Shown here: positions 38,793-52,220 of the stretch, in pieces
How positions within the stretch are numbered: position 1 is the stretch's first letter
How the letters are laid out: every line of letters begins with the position of its first letter
NCBI RefSeq assembly: GCF_018350175.1
Contig: NC_058369.1
Location: forward strand, 17,114,001 to 17,178,000
DNA: 64,000 bases
Direction of reading: 5' to 3'
From: Felis catus
Taxonomy: Eukaryota
Notes under the pieces: model-generated
Told to the model about the DNA's origin: nothing
The model's database searches: none
The model's input: the letters and a program-made list of their open reading frames with translations, nothing else
Program-made: the position numbers and the translations under genes

Positions 38793-40720
38793 GGGGGTGC
38801 CTGGCTTGCTTAGTCCAAAGAACATGCAACTCTTGATCTTGGGGTTGTGAGTTTGAGCTCCACGTTGGCTGCAGAGATTACTTAAATAAATAAACTTAAA
38901 AAAATAAAATAACGAAGGGTGCCTGGGTAGCTTAGTCAGTTATGCGCCCAACTTTGGCTCAGATCATGATCTCACAGGTTTGAGGGTTAAAGCCCCGCAT
39001 CAGACTCTGTGCTGACAGACTGAGCCTGGAGCCTAGAGCCTGCTTCAGATTGTCTCCTTCTCTCTCTCTCTCTCACCCTTCCCTTGTTCAAAAAATCATA
39101 ATGGCAGACTTATGCCCAACCACATCAACAATTCTGTTACATTTTAGTGGGCTTCATATTCTAATTAAAAACAGAAAATGTGGGGACATTTGGGTGGCTC
39201 AGTCAGTTAATCGACCAACTCTTGATTTCGGCCCAGGTCACAATCTCACGGTTCCTGGAATGGAGCCCCACGATGGGCTCTGAGGTGACAGTAAAGAGCA
39301 TGCTTGGGATTCTCTCTCCCTCTCCCTCTCTCTCTGCCCCTCCCCCACTCACTCTTTAGGCATGCAGCATGCACACGCTCTTTCTCAAAATAAATAAATT
39401 TGAAAAAGAATGTGGTGAGAACAGACTTTCTAAAAAATAATAAACAGATTTTAAAAATGTGTTTTTTTAGGAGAATAAAAACAAGACTCAACAATATCCT
39501 GTTTAAAAGTGATATACTTTACATAATCAAAATGAAACTAACAGGATGCAAGAGAGATGTAAGTCAGAAATCTGAAGTGTAAGAACAGGGGCACCTGGGT
39601 GACTCAAGCATATGACTCTTGATTTCAGCTTAGGTCATGATCTCACCATTAGATCAAGGCCCACATAGGGCGCCGCGCTGACAGTGTAAAGCCTGCTTGG
39701 GTTTCTCTCTCTCCCTTCTCTCTGCCCCTCCTCCATGCGTACACAGGAGAAGGACAGAGAGAAATAACTAAACCTTAAAATAAATATTTATTCATAAATA
39801 ATAAATTTTAAATAAATAAACTTTAAAAACTAAAGCGTAAGAACAAAGCTATGTAATTTACAGAACTGCTATATTGGAGTTGAGTACATGAGGACTAATA
39901 CAAAAAATGTAGAAGTAAAGAACAGTGTGGTTTGATGAGCTTTATTATTACCAGAGAACCTGGCCTTCAAGACAAGCACTACAATGGCACCTAGAGACAC
40001 ACAACACAAGAGTCAGTTCATCAGGAGGACATGATGGTACTAAATGTATATGCCCTTAACTAACAGAGCTTCAAAGTATATGAAAATACGTAAGAGAAAA
40101 AAAATTCACAGGAATCAGAGACAAAAACAGACAAACCCACAAATACAGTTAACTAACATCCTACTCCCAATAACTGATTTAAATAGATTAAAATGTACAT
40201 GGATAAGTGCTCCACCTTCTCATATGTATATTCATTCTACTAGGATTTAAGAACAATTTTTTTTTTAATGTTTTTATTTATGTTTGAGACAGAGAGAAAC
40301 AGAGCATGAGCAGGGGAGGGGCAGAGAGAGAGGGAGACACAGAATCCGAAGCAGGCTCCAGACTCTGAGCTGTCAGCAGAGAGACCGACGCGGGGCTCGA
40401 ACTCACAGACTGTGAGATCACGACCTGAGCTGAGGTCAGACACTTAACTGACTGAGCCGCCCAGGCGCCCCAAGAACCATTAATTTTAAAGTATTGCTGG
40501 GGCGCCTGGGTGGCGCAGTTGGCTAAGCGTCCGACTTCAGCCAGGTCACGATCTCACGGTCCAGGAGTTCGAGCCCCGCGTCAAGCTCTGGGCTGACGGC
40601 TCAGAGCCTGGAGCCTGTTTCCGATTCTGTGTCTCCCTCTCTCTCTGCCCCTCCCCCGTTCATGCTCTGTCTCTCTCTGTCCCAAAAATAAATAAACGTT
40701 GAAAAAAAAAAAATTTGAAA
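38793..40720. mobile_element. SINEC cluster (38793-38910+, 38917-39095+, 39182-39405+, 39587-39830+, 40256-40471-, 40499-40720+) within old L1 ORF2 fragments
   Basis: SINEC motifs; L1 endonuclease-region motif taacagagcttcaaagtatatgaa. Confidence 0.85.
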
Positions 40721-40937
40721 TAAAGTATTGCTAAATTTAGAGTACGTTTTAGTCACAGTGTTTTTCTCAATAAGCAGCAAAAGTACACCAAAAGATTGTG
40801 AACCAGGTAATTTCATAAACATTTTGACCTTGAAAGTTGGTAACCAGGGACACAGAGCAAGAAGTGATTCATTCCAAAGCACTGCTAAGAATGATTAAAT
40901 CACACTAATACTCTCATAGTCTAGACAGAATACAAAC

Positions 40938-41062
40938 CATTTTTTGGAAGTACCACTTCTTCTATGTTGGGTACTGGTGTTGGGTCTTCCATGTCCTTGG
41001 TAAGATCTTCTTGCTCATCTTCCTCTTTCTGACTTCTGCGCTTCCCATAAAGACTAGCTTGG
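40938..41062 (-). CDS. SMARCC1: SMARCC1 exon 11 ([41 protein letters not shown])
   Basis: tgttttAG acceptor, G|GTTTGT donor, 125 nt. Confidence 0.96.
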
Positions 41063-43782
41063 CTAAAACACACAAGGTATGTAAATATGTAAATAAGAAT
41101 GACTATAGCTACTCCTAGCAGACAATTTCAAAGGCTTTACCTCATTGTTATAATCTATGCTCAGAATTGCTTTAAAAGACAAATAGAAATTAAAAAAAAA
41201 AAGTAGGTACATTCCCAAATTACATCTAACCAGCCAAATGGAAAATAAAGGTTATTGGGCATAAGAAATGAGTACAGAAATCCTACGATACAAATTGCAG
41301 ACAGCATCCTAAAGGGTTTTAAATTAGTGTAATAAAAGAACATCTGCTAAGGATATACGGCACATACTTTATCTCACATCATAAACAATCACTTACATAA
41401 GAAATTTTCTCAAAGATACGTACAACCATATTTTCCAAGCTCTTTGTATCATCCAAATATCAGGAACTGCAAAGTAAAATCACCTAGGATGGTACTATTT
41501 TTTTTTTTTTTTGTAAAAATTGCTATTGCTCTTTCTTTAATTTATTTCAAAACTAACATATTCCAGAAAGCAGATTAGGGTTCAGACAAGAATGGAATAA
41601 TTCCTTACCTTGAGGAATTACACAGGATACAAGACAGAAATTATCATCAACCTCCAATAACATGATGTGTACCAACACAGAGAAATAAAAATATATTTTT
41701 TATAATAAAAGATAATTAAATATTCCAAGAAAATAAGAGTTAATCAGGATTGAAGGGACAGTTAAGCTAACTTGGAACTCTAACAATTCACCAAAAAGTA
41801 GGCAGTATTTCAGGATGATGAATGAAGGCATAAAGATATTAAGAAAAGAAATAACCTGTTCTGGGGAGGAATAAGCAGGAACCCTGAGCACACTGGCAAG
41901 TGAGAAGCAGTGGAGAAAGAAGTGATGGGAACACACAGTGGGCCAGCACGAGTCCTCACACTGCTGAGAGAGTGAGCAAAGTTCTCTTCTAAGAAGGAAA
42001 AGATACTGGAATAGATTAGAATCAGGTATACAGGCAAAAATATTTTTAAAAATTTTAATAAAAACTCCATGACAATTGTTTAAAAGTGTATGAACCTAAA
42101 GGTGGCAGGGAGATAAAATATGTTTAAAAAAAAAAAAAGGAAGAAAAGAAGCAGGGAAGATCAATAAAACAAACATTAGGAAAATAAATGTCAGTGTTTT
42201 TTTGTTAAAGGGAACTTACAATGAAACTCAAATGCCTGCTCATGAGGGGACAGATGTATTCAGTTGAAGGACATACACACATCTATCTGGAGACTCAATT
42301 TGGTGGGCTTTACACTCAGAGGGGAGGATCATTGTGAGACTCCTAGACACCATGTCTTGGTTTGGTGACCACTGGTGTCCTGGCACTGCACCTCAGGCCT
42401 TAAGTGGGAAGAAGGGTACATCGATTTCAGGCCCAGGAACACCTGGCAAAGTTGTGTGGCTTTCTTCACAGGGCCATCAGGGAGCTATGAATTCTCTGCA
42501 CATCAACCATAAGGTTCAGATTAGAGATTTAAGAAATAAGGTTACTCTCACAATAGCTAAAGAAAAATCTATTTTTGTGAGTTTTTTGTATCACAGTATA
42601 TTTGACAAAATGACAAAACTTAGATCTTTTTCACATCCCTAAAAGCTTCCAGGCATAGTTAACAATGGTTCAGATAACCCTACCCTTCAAGAAATAACAT
42701 GATTCAAGGCATGTTCTGGGCATAAAGAAACGCTAATTTAGCCACAGAGTCAGTAAGAGGAAGCTAGTGGAAAGAAGATACAAAATATATCTTTACAGTC
42801 CAGTCAACAGCCAAAAATTTAACCAATTTATAGTCACATGAAAGCATAAATTTTGCAAGCTGTCATTTTCTAAGACTAAAATTATTTTGAGCCAGACAAG
42901 CCTGAAATTAAGAATCTACTTAATATATAAATGTTAAGTATTATCTGCCATTTATTAAGTATCTATTTCAGGCCAGAACCTGCACAGGGGCTTTAAAGTC
43001 TCACTTAATCCCCAAAACAACTTATTCAACAGAAACCAAAATCCCCACTCAAGCAAGATTTACTAAGTACAAATGTGATGCCCTGAACAAGGCACTACGT
43101 TGAACATGAAATGGACATAGGTTCATTTCCTCTAGGAGTCATTCTGATCACAAATAGGACAGGTGGTAAAATGAGAGACACTAATTTCTTGGTGAAATTA
43201 GTGGATATATAATTTCTTAAATTCCTTACCAGCCACATTGCTCAATATACAATTAGATACAGAAAAAAGACTGTATTCAAGGTGCCAACATCAGATGGCC
43301 ATCTTACAAAGGAGATGAAGAAAGGGGAAGGAAGAGAGAGGGGAAGAGGAAAAGGAAAGAAAGACGAAGAGCCAAACAATCTACCCTCAGACCTTGATGG
43401 TGATAGAATTTAGTTGAAAGGATACAGGAACAGGAAGCTGAGCGTCCAGCTTTGAGTCCTGACTCTAAGCAAAAATCTCTATGTGACCTTGGAAAAGTCA
43501 CCTCTCTACCCTGAACCTCAATCCCTGCTTCCTAAGATAAAGATGTTTATGATACTTCAAAGATCCCTTTCAGTTTTAAGATTCTGTACATGGTTTCCAC
43601 TCTCACTAAGCTGTGAACCAAAGCTCCAATCCAGAAGCCCAAGGTTTATTGCCTTCCCACAGCTACCCCAGAGAGAGAAAAATAGATTCTCTCTGAATTT
43701 GATCATGGAATTGGAGTGGCTATATTTTAAATACAAATTAGATAACATAGTATATTTTCTGTGGAATATAAAGTTAAATAAG

Positions 43783-44210
43783 TGTGTGTGTGTGTGTGTG
43801 TGTGTATGACGCACTATTATCCAGCCATAAAAAAAAGGAAATTCTGTTACTTGGGACACCAGGAATGGACCTTGAGGTCATTTTGCTAAGTTAAATAACT
43901 ATGAGAAAAATAAATACCACATGATCTCTCTTATATGTGGAATCTAGGAAAAAAAATCATAGAGGGAATACACTGGTGTTGCCAAAGGCAAGGGGTGTGG
44001 AGAATGGGTGAAGCTGGTGAAAAAGTATAAACTTCCAGTTATAAAATAAATAAATCCTGGGGGTGTAATATACAGTATAGTGGCTGCAGTTAACACTATA
44101 TTGTGTATCTGGAAGTTGCTAAAAGAGTAAATCTTAAAAGTTCTCATCACAAGAGAAACTTCTAACTATGTGTGGTGTTGGATGTTAATTAGACTATGAT
44201 TATGTCACTG
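43783..44210 (+). mobile_element. (TG)n followed by an L1MA-like 3' UTR
   Basis: atggaccttgaggtcatt, ccagttataaaataaataa, gttgctaaaagagtaaatcttaaaagttctcatcac. Confidence 0.8.
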
Positions 44211-44428
44211 TACAGATCTCCTTGAACACAAGGTGCCTTAGTGTAAATACAACGTAAGATGGCCATCAGATAACATCTGACAAGATGAGCTGCCAAAGCC
44301 AGCCAACTTCCAGTATAAATGTAAGTCAGCCAACTTCCCTTGAGCAAAACTTCCAGTATAAATGTAAAAATGTGGAACATCCTTTAGAGTTTGTTTTAAT
44401 GCCTTCTGAGTCACGCTGCAGTTCTTAC

Positions 44429-44550
44429 CCTTTCTTTCCACTTTTCTTCCGGGATTCTGTGGGTGTTGGAGGTGGAGGGGAAGGCGAATGTTTCCTCTTT
44501 CGAGCATTAGCTGATGCTTTCCTATCTCTTCTCTCTGGACTTCTGACTGG
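44429..44550 (-). CDS. SMARCC1: SMARCC1 exon 10 (PVRSPERRDRKASANARKRKHSPSPPPPTPTESRKKSGKKG)
   Basis: ttcttcctAG acceptor, GG|GTAAGA donor, 122 nt. Confidence 0.97.
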
Positions 44551-45454
44551 CTAGGAAGAAGTAAATGGAAATGAATATCAGCCAGCTTTTCAGACTCCTC
44601 CATTTCAACAAACCTTTGCCCAAGGTGGGTTTTCACCTAGCTCAGAGCAATTGAAAGGAACATCATTAAGTGTCTTGGACCACCCACAGTCAAGACTTTC
44701 TCTGACCTTCCAGGTGATGCAGCACCAATGGAAATATCAAAACCATCCCCCAAGTATTCAAACTATGCTACAAAACAGACATGCCCAAATCCTGCACAAC
44801 TAAAATATGTTCCTGTTCACATTATTTCCAGATGGGAAAAGCACTTTCAACAACTACTGAAGAATATGAAACATATGCTATTAGATTAATAATATACAAA
44901 GACTGGTGAATAATCTTGTGGAAATGTCTCTGAAACTGCTCCTGACACATCAGTAAAAGGAATATGAGAAAATTTTATGACATAAAAGATGTTAAATAAG
45001 ATTGCAATTTATGATTTAAAAGTCAACCTACAGAAGTACAAATATCTCTATTTGCAGCTGGCATGATCTTATACATAGATAAGCCTAAGGAATCTCGAAA
45101 ACACTTTCAGAGCTAAAGAGTTCAGCAGGTGCAGGATACACATATCAATATACAAAAGTCAACCTGTAGATGATAACTATGGATTTCATAAAACAGACAA
45201 TAAAGAGTTAACACCTAAGATGACCCAAAGTACTATATTTGAGGTGCAAAAAATAAAAATAAAAAAACCAGAGATTAAAACATCAATTAAACATTATCTC
45301 TGGTACCATCATACTTCTTACAACTATCTGCTTCCTTTCAGAAGCTCTGTAGCATCAAATGGAAATCTGAGTCATTGTACAGAGCTATACAAGAAGCTTT
45401 AGAAAAAATCTAAACTGCACACACTGTACAGTAAGTCTGAAGCTAAACATTAAA

Positions 45455-46810
45455 AAAAAATTTTTTTAACGTTTATTTATTTTTGAGAGAGAGGGAGAGA
45501 CAGAGAGAGCACAGCAGGGGAGGGTCAGAGAAAGGGAGACACAGAATCGGAAGCAGGCTCCAGGCTCTGAGCTGTCAGCACAGAGCCCGACGCGGGGCTC
45601 GAACTCACGAACTATGAGATCATGACCTGAGCTGAAGTCAGACATTTAAATGACTGAGCCACCCAGGTTTTTTAAATTTATTTATTTATTTTAGAGAGGA
45701 GACAGAAAGAGAATACCAAGCAGGCTCCTCACTGTCAGCACAGCCCAATGCAGGACTCAAGCTCACAAAGTGTGACATCATGACCTGAGCCAAAACCAAG
45801 AGCCAGACGCTTAACCGAATGAGCCACCCAGACACTCCTGAAGTTAAATTTTTAAAAAGAGCTATTAACGTTTTCTTGTTTTTTTAATTTTAGATAGAGA
45901 AAGACAGCACAAGTGGGGGAAAGGGGCAAAGGGAGAGAGAATCTTAAGCAACCTCCGTGCTCAGTGCAGAGTCTGACACAGGGCTCAATCCTACGACCCT
46001 GGGATCATGACCTGAGCCAAAATCAAGAGTCAGATGCTCAATCACAAGAGCCACCCAGGCACCCCTTAACATTTAAGTAGGTTCCACGTCCAACGTGGGT
46101 CTTGAACTCGTGACCCTAAGATCAAGAGTTGTTTGCTCTATCAACGTAGTCAGCCTGGTGCCTGCCCCTAAACATACAGATTAAATCAATTTTGGGGCAC
46201 CTGGATGGCTCAGACGGTTGAGCATCCAACTTCAGCACAGGTCATGATCTCGCAGTTGGGGAGTTCGAGCCCCGCGTCCGGCTCTGTGCTGACAGCTCAG
46301 AGCTTGGAGCCTGCTTCAGATTCTGTGTCTCCCTCTCTCTCTGCTCCTTCCCCGCTCATGCTCTGTCTCTCAAAAATGAATAAATGTTTTAAAAAAATTC
46401 TTTTTCAATCGATTTTTACAGAATCTCCCTAAAAATAAGTGAATAAATTAATAAACCATCTAAATCTGAACAGAAATGGCTATGGGCAGACCTGTTTAAT
46501 AATGTGATGTAGAAATGAGACTATTCCTAGTGACAAAAAAGACTTGGTTGGAAATACAGTAAAGGAAAACAAATATGTAAGCATATGGGGGGGGGGGGCG
46601 CTAAATAAAAAAAATAAGATTTAAGTCAAATTCCAAAGCAAATAAGGACAAATTAAAAATCAAAGGCTATAAAAACGTCCCAGTTTCTTTTAAGTAGGCT
46701 TCATGCCCACTGCAGAGCCCAACATGGGTCTTCAATTCACAACCATGAGATCCAGACCTGATCTGAGATCAAGTGTCAGACACTTAAATGACTCAGCCAC
46801 CCAGGCACCT
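45455..46810. mobile_element. SINEC cluster: 45455-45667(-), 45668-45838(-), 45878-46064(-), 46070-46167(-), 46194-46396(+), 46685-46810(-)
   Basis: SINEC motifs. Confidence 0.87.
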
Positions 46811-47756
46811 CGAAAAAGACCCACTTTTAAAAAATTTTTCTTAAAAATAAAAAAATACACACAGCATGACAAAGAGTTTTAGTAAGAAAGTGTCAGCTGA
46901 AAAGAGATATGAAAAAACTGTACATTCTAAGTGAACAGTTAAAAGTATTTGTCTCAACAATTTTTCAAAGAAATAAAATACAAAACAAAAAGCAAAAACT
47001 TTATGCGTCCCCAGTAAAAGGGAATGAGAATCTTACCGAAGCGGGTCATCAGCCAACAGACCAACACATCCAAACCTTCTTCTCAGAACCCCCTCCCTCT
47101 CGTGACGCATCTACCTCCCAAGTTGTGGCTTCTCACGAATCATGGATAAATATTAGGTGGTTGGGCTTCTTAACACTTTAAAGAGTAATAAATCTCACAT
47201 CCTCCCACCTTAAAAAAGGGCTGAACCATACCTTTGAGACCTTGAAGGCCTATACTTTGTACTACCTACTGTGTATGTATATGGCAACAAAGCTATTCAA
47301 AACTACTAAGACAAAACCAATTTTCCCTTGAAAAATCAACACCTAAATTAAATTATCCCGTGATAATATTTGGTTCACAAAATTAAAACTCAGATCTAGA
47401 AAGGAAAATCAACTACACTAGGGGCGCCTGGCTGCCTCAGTTGGTAGAGCATGCGACTCCTGATCTTGGGGTTACATTCAAGCCCTGTGCTGGGTGTAGA
47501 GATTACACAGAAAAATCAGCTGGAATGCTGCCACACTGCATGCGTCACTTGAAATCTCAATGACCCTTTGAGACTTCCTTGCCCCTTTTGTGGGAATGCC
47601 AGCTCCTGAGACGGCTGTATGGCCATTTGGTAACTTTTTATATAATATACTTGATACACCTTGGGCTGTATGTGAGAGTTTATTAGTGAAAATCTGACAA
47701 CAATGAGGCCCAGAGAAGAAACAACTAGAGGAGAAAAACGGTACCAAACCAAATAC

Positions 47757-47882
47757 CTCTTCATTCTTTGTTGAAATTCGCTGACGAAAACTCACAGGCT
47801 TCCTGTTCTCATCCACCTCATAATCCTCCTCATTCATCCATTCATTGAAAACATCAGTATCCAAAATCCATCTTGCATGAAC
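47757..47882 (-). CDS. SMARCC1: SMARCC1 exon 9 ([42 protein letters not shown])
   Basis: ggttttAG acceptor, GAG|GTATTT donor, 126 nt; overlaps ORF 47478..47864. Confidence 0.97.
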
Positions 47883-48114
47883 CTAAAACCACAATGAAGC
47901 ATGTGTATCTATATAAATAATAAATCACTACAGTTTGTATAAAGTATTCAAAACAAAAGAAGCTGACTTCTTATTCTCAAAGCCTCAACTGCACAGAAGA
48001 GTTTAAAAACATGAGACCATTAAAGACCTGTGAATGGCAACTTAACCATTTCTAATTTTTATTTCACGTTACTGAATATAGTAAGAAAGCATCATTGGTT
48101 TTGCATAGACTGAG

Positions 48115-48150
48115 ATTTTTTTTAAATTTTTTTAATGTTTATTTACTTTT

Positions 48151-48190
<40 letters not shown>

Positions 48191-48710
48191 GGGGGAGGGA
48201 CAAAGACAGACTGGGACATAGAATCAGAAGCAGGCTCCAGGCTCTGAGCTGTCAGCAGAGCCGGACACGGGGCTCAAACTCATGAGCCATGAGATCATGA
48301 CCTGAGCCGAAGTTGGATGCTTAACTGACTGAGCCCCCCAGGTGCCCCTAAAGTTTTGATAACTAAGACCCTTATATTTGATAATCACGTCATTGTTATT
48401 TCAGCTGTATTCAGTTATAACTGAAAAATAAAATTGTAAGATATTTAAGGTGTACATTATGGTGATTTGATATGCATATACACTGAGAAAGGATCCTCCC
48501 ATCTATTAATTAACATATCCATCACCTTACATACTTATTTTCCTTGTGTGTGAGAACATTTTAAGTTCTATTCTCTTAGCAAATTCCAATTATACAATAG
48601 TGTTATCAACTATAGTCACCATGTTTTACCTTAGAACTTAGAACTTCCATATAAAAGCACTATCATGCAGTATTTACTGTTCTGTTTGGCTTATTTCACT
48701 AATCATGTCA
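48115..48710 (-). mobile_element. SINEC 48115-48348(-) followed by an L1MA-like 3' end 48395-48710(-)
   Basis: ttaacatatccatcacct, tctcttagcaaattccaattatacaata, ggcttatttcact. Confidence 0.82.
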
Positions 48711-49039
48711 TCTTTATCTTGATGAAAACCACTGATAAAAATTCAACAGCAATAGGCCAAAGCTAGCCATTGCTCTAGGCATGAAGGATGTCTTTATGTT
48801 TATGCATTCGACAAAATTCTAAGGAATGACGAAAGAGAACATTTACAGAGCGTCAAGTACACAGGTGCTTTCTGGAAACCTTTCAGGAATAGCCAAGGTA
48901 GGGGAGCGGGTGGAGAAGTGAAAATCAGAGTCAGGATTCTTACAAGCCCTTTACATGGCAACTTCTCTTGTTTTGTTAATGTTTTTGAGTAAGAATTAAT
49001 AAAATGATGGGTTTTCTGAATGTTATATACATACAGATA

Positions 49040-52020
49040 TTTAAACCACAGACCTAGCTTATAACAAGAATTATCCAATACAATTTCTCATAGGGAGTAC
49101 ACTGGAAATTGGGACTAGACAATTCTTCCCTGTGTAGACAAATGCAAAATAATTTCAGCATGAAAATAATTAAATTAAATAAGTTACTGACCACTGAAAA
49201 ACGAGAACTCCATAAATCCATACTGGTAACAAATAAATAAGGGGAGAGGAAGGGCTCTTGCTTATAGAACTCTGAAAGCCAACTGGTAAATGTGGAGGAA
49301 GGGCTGGAATAGAAAATTATCACTGTGCAATCATCAAAGAAAAGACTGGCTCAGGCAAGAATTTCAAGTTGATGCTAAATCTGGGTGACGAATGGAGAAT
49401 TTTGATGGGAAGCAGGGTATCTGTATGGTCTAAAAGAATCTCTTACAGATTGCTTATAAATTGCAAGTGAAAAAAAAAAAAAAGAAAGGAACTATACAGT
49501 GGATCCATCACAGCACACCTTAACTGGGTGATCAGTGTCACCACCCAGTAACAGATGGACAAGCCATGCCTCCCAGTATGACGCCCTGAGAAGGACACAA
49601 CATCACTTATGCAATATTCTGGCTAGAATACAGAACCTGATTTAACCATTAAAAAAAATCACAAATGCCAAATGAGAAATATTCTTTTCAAATTCAAAAA
49701 TGTCTTAGGAGGCAAGGAAATACCAGGATAATGTTTCAGGTTAAAGGGAAAACGAAAGAGACAGGATATTTTACTGTAACAGCTGATATTAAACAGTATT
49801 CTGTAGCAGAAAAAAATGCTACAAAAAACTTTTTTGGGTCAAGTGACAAAACTGGAATACAGACAGTAATGTATTGTGGCAACATTAAATTTTACTGAAT
49901 TTGACAACTGCAATGTGCTCATGTAGGACAATCTCGTATTCTTAGGAAACACAAACATGTCTTAAAGACCTGTGATAGGGGCGCCTGGGTGGCTCAGTCG
50001 GTTAAGCAGCCGACTTCAGCTCAGGTCATGATCTCACGGTTCGTGAGTTCGAGCCCCGCGTCGAGCTCTGTGCTGACTGCTCAGAGCCCGGAGCCTGTTT
50101 CAGATTCTGTGTCTCCCTCTCTCTCTCTGACCCTCCCCCATTCATGCTCTGTCTCTCTCTGTCTCAAAAGTAAATAAACGTTAAAAAAAAAAATTAAAAA
50201 AAAAAAAGACCTGTGATATATGCATCTTTATCTCAAAAGGTTATGAATAAAAAATAAAAACAGAGAAGAAGTGATAGGTCAGAATGGGAGTAAAATGTAA
50301 AAAATAGGCAAATCTGGATAAGGAGTGTACAGGTATGCCACCTACTATTCTTACTCTTGCAATTTAAGTTTGAAAATATTTCCAAATAAAAGGGTTTCAA
50401 AAAAAGACTAAATTGTTAATCCCAGCTTCCTCATATGAAATCTGAAGCTTTAAGTCTTTCTGAACGTCACACAACTCAAACTAGGTTGAATCAGGTGTAA
50501 CATCTAATATTTTTAAGTGTTCAGCATACCACATAAAACAGCCAATAGAAACTATGTATAATTACCATGTCTCATGGAAAGTGAGATCTCCCTGCAAAAA
50601 TAACTGATTCCAGGACTGGGATATAGAACTGCAAAAAGAGGTTGGAAATTCTTTTTGTCCCAGAAAATAGGAAATATGCGAAAATGAATCGAATAATACC
50701 AAAAAGTCACAGGAGGCAGCTTAAAGGAGTTCCCACTGGCCAAATTCTGGACCATTCATCACAGTGAAGAATGGCAATAATGTCACTGCTCCACGACTGC
50801 ATAGTGAGACTATAGATACGTGTAGAGGGAGAAAAGAAAGCTCATTACCATGTAAAATGTCAGTAACAAGCATAGAATGGACAGAGTGAGAAAACCACTA
50901 GTAGTAACTAATTCAATCAGGCAGGAATTACTTACGAGTGAGCAAACTTAGGGATACAAATTTGATGAAGAAAAGGATATTTATATAATGTCAAAGAATT
51001 TCTGCATATTTTTAATTTCAAGAAGAAAAATGGTAATGTTACAGTGGGAAAACCAGGCAGATAATACCTTAACAATGAGCCATAATGGGAAAAATCAAAA
51101 CACATGGCCCCTGATGTGACACACTGAGACCAGAATACCACTGAAGTAGTTTTGCAGCCAAAAATGCATAGCCTGAATATAATAACGAGAAAATATCCAT
51201 ATAAATTCAGATTCAGACATTCTAAAAAAACACACACACACAAATCTAGCTTATACATTTCAAAACTGCTAGTGTCATGGAAGAAAACGGCTGAAACTTC
51301 AACATTAGACTAAAAAGATCTAACAACTACATGCAATGTGTGATCCTGAACTGGATCCTGGATCAGGGAAGAGACTCAGTATAAAGCTTACTCTACCGGG
51401 GTGCCTGGGTGGCTCAGTTGGTTAAGCATCCAACTTCAGCTCAGGTCATGATCTAACAGTCTGTGAGTTCGAGCCCTGTGTCAGGCTCTGTGCTGACAGC
51501 TCGGAGCCTGGAGCCTGCTTTGGATTCTGTGTCTCCCTCTTTCTCTCCCCTCCCCTGCTCATGCTCTGTCTCAAAAATAAATAAAAACATTAAAATAAAT
51601 TTAAAAAAAAAATAAAAAAAATTTACTCTATCAATGGGACATTTGGTGCAAACAAAATATAGGCTCTGTATCAGGTATTAATATTGCTTCAAAAACTAAA
51701 TATCCTAGGGGGCGCCTGGGTGGCTCAGTCGGTTAAGTGGCCGACTTCGGCTCAGGTCATGATTTCGTGGTCCGTGAGTTTGAGCCCCACGTCAGGCTCT
51801 GTGCTGACAGCTCCGAGCCTGGAGCCTGTTTCAGATTCTGTGTCTCCCTCTCTCTGACCCTCCCCCGTTCATGCTCTGTCTCTCTCTGTCTCAAAAATAA
51901 ATAAATGTTAAAAAAAATTTAAATATCCTAAATAACGAAAAACAGGCGAATCTGGAAGAAGAGCATAAAGCAGCATTTTGTTTTGTATTATTCTTGCAAC
52001 TTTCAGAATTACTTCCGTGT
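49040..52020 (+). mobile_element. L1MC-like 3' UTR fragments interrupted by SINECs 49978-50207, 51398-51620, 51709-51920
   Basis: tgagaaggacacaacatcacttatg, acagtgggaaaaccaggcagata, tgcaatgtgtgatcctgaactggatcctgga. Confidence 0.72.
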
Positions 52021-52035
52021 TAAAAGCCAAAAAAT

Positions 52036-52220
52036 GGGGCGCCTGGGTAGTTCAGCTGGTTAAGCATCCAACTTCAGCTCAGGTCATGATCTTACAGTTC
52101 ATGAGTTTGAGCAATGTGCATGGGGCTCTCTGCTGTCAGTGCAAGCCAACTTCAGATCTTCTGTCTCCCTCTCTCTCTCCTCTGCCTCTCTCTCTCAAAA
52201 ATAAACATTCTTTAAAAAAG
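52036..52220 (+). mobile_element. SINEC
   Basis: ggggcgcctgggtag head and tail. Confidence 0.85.
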
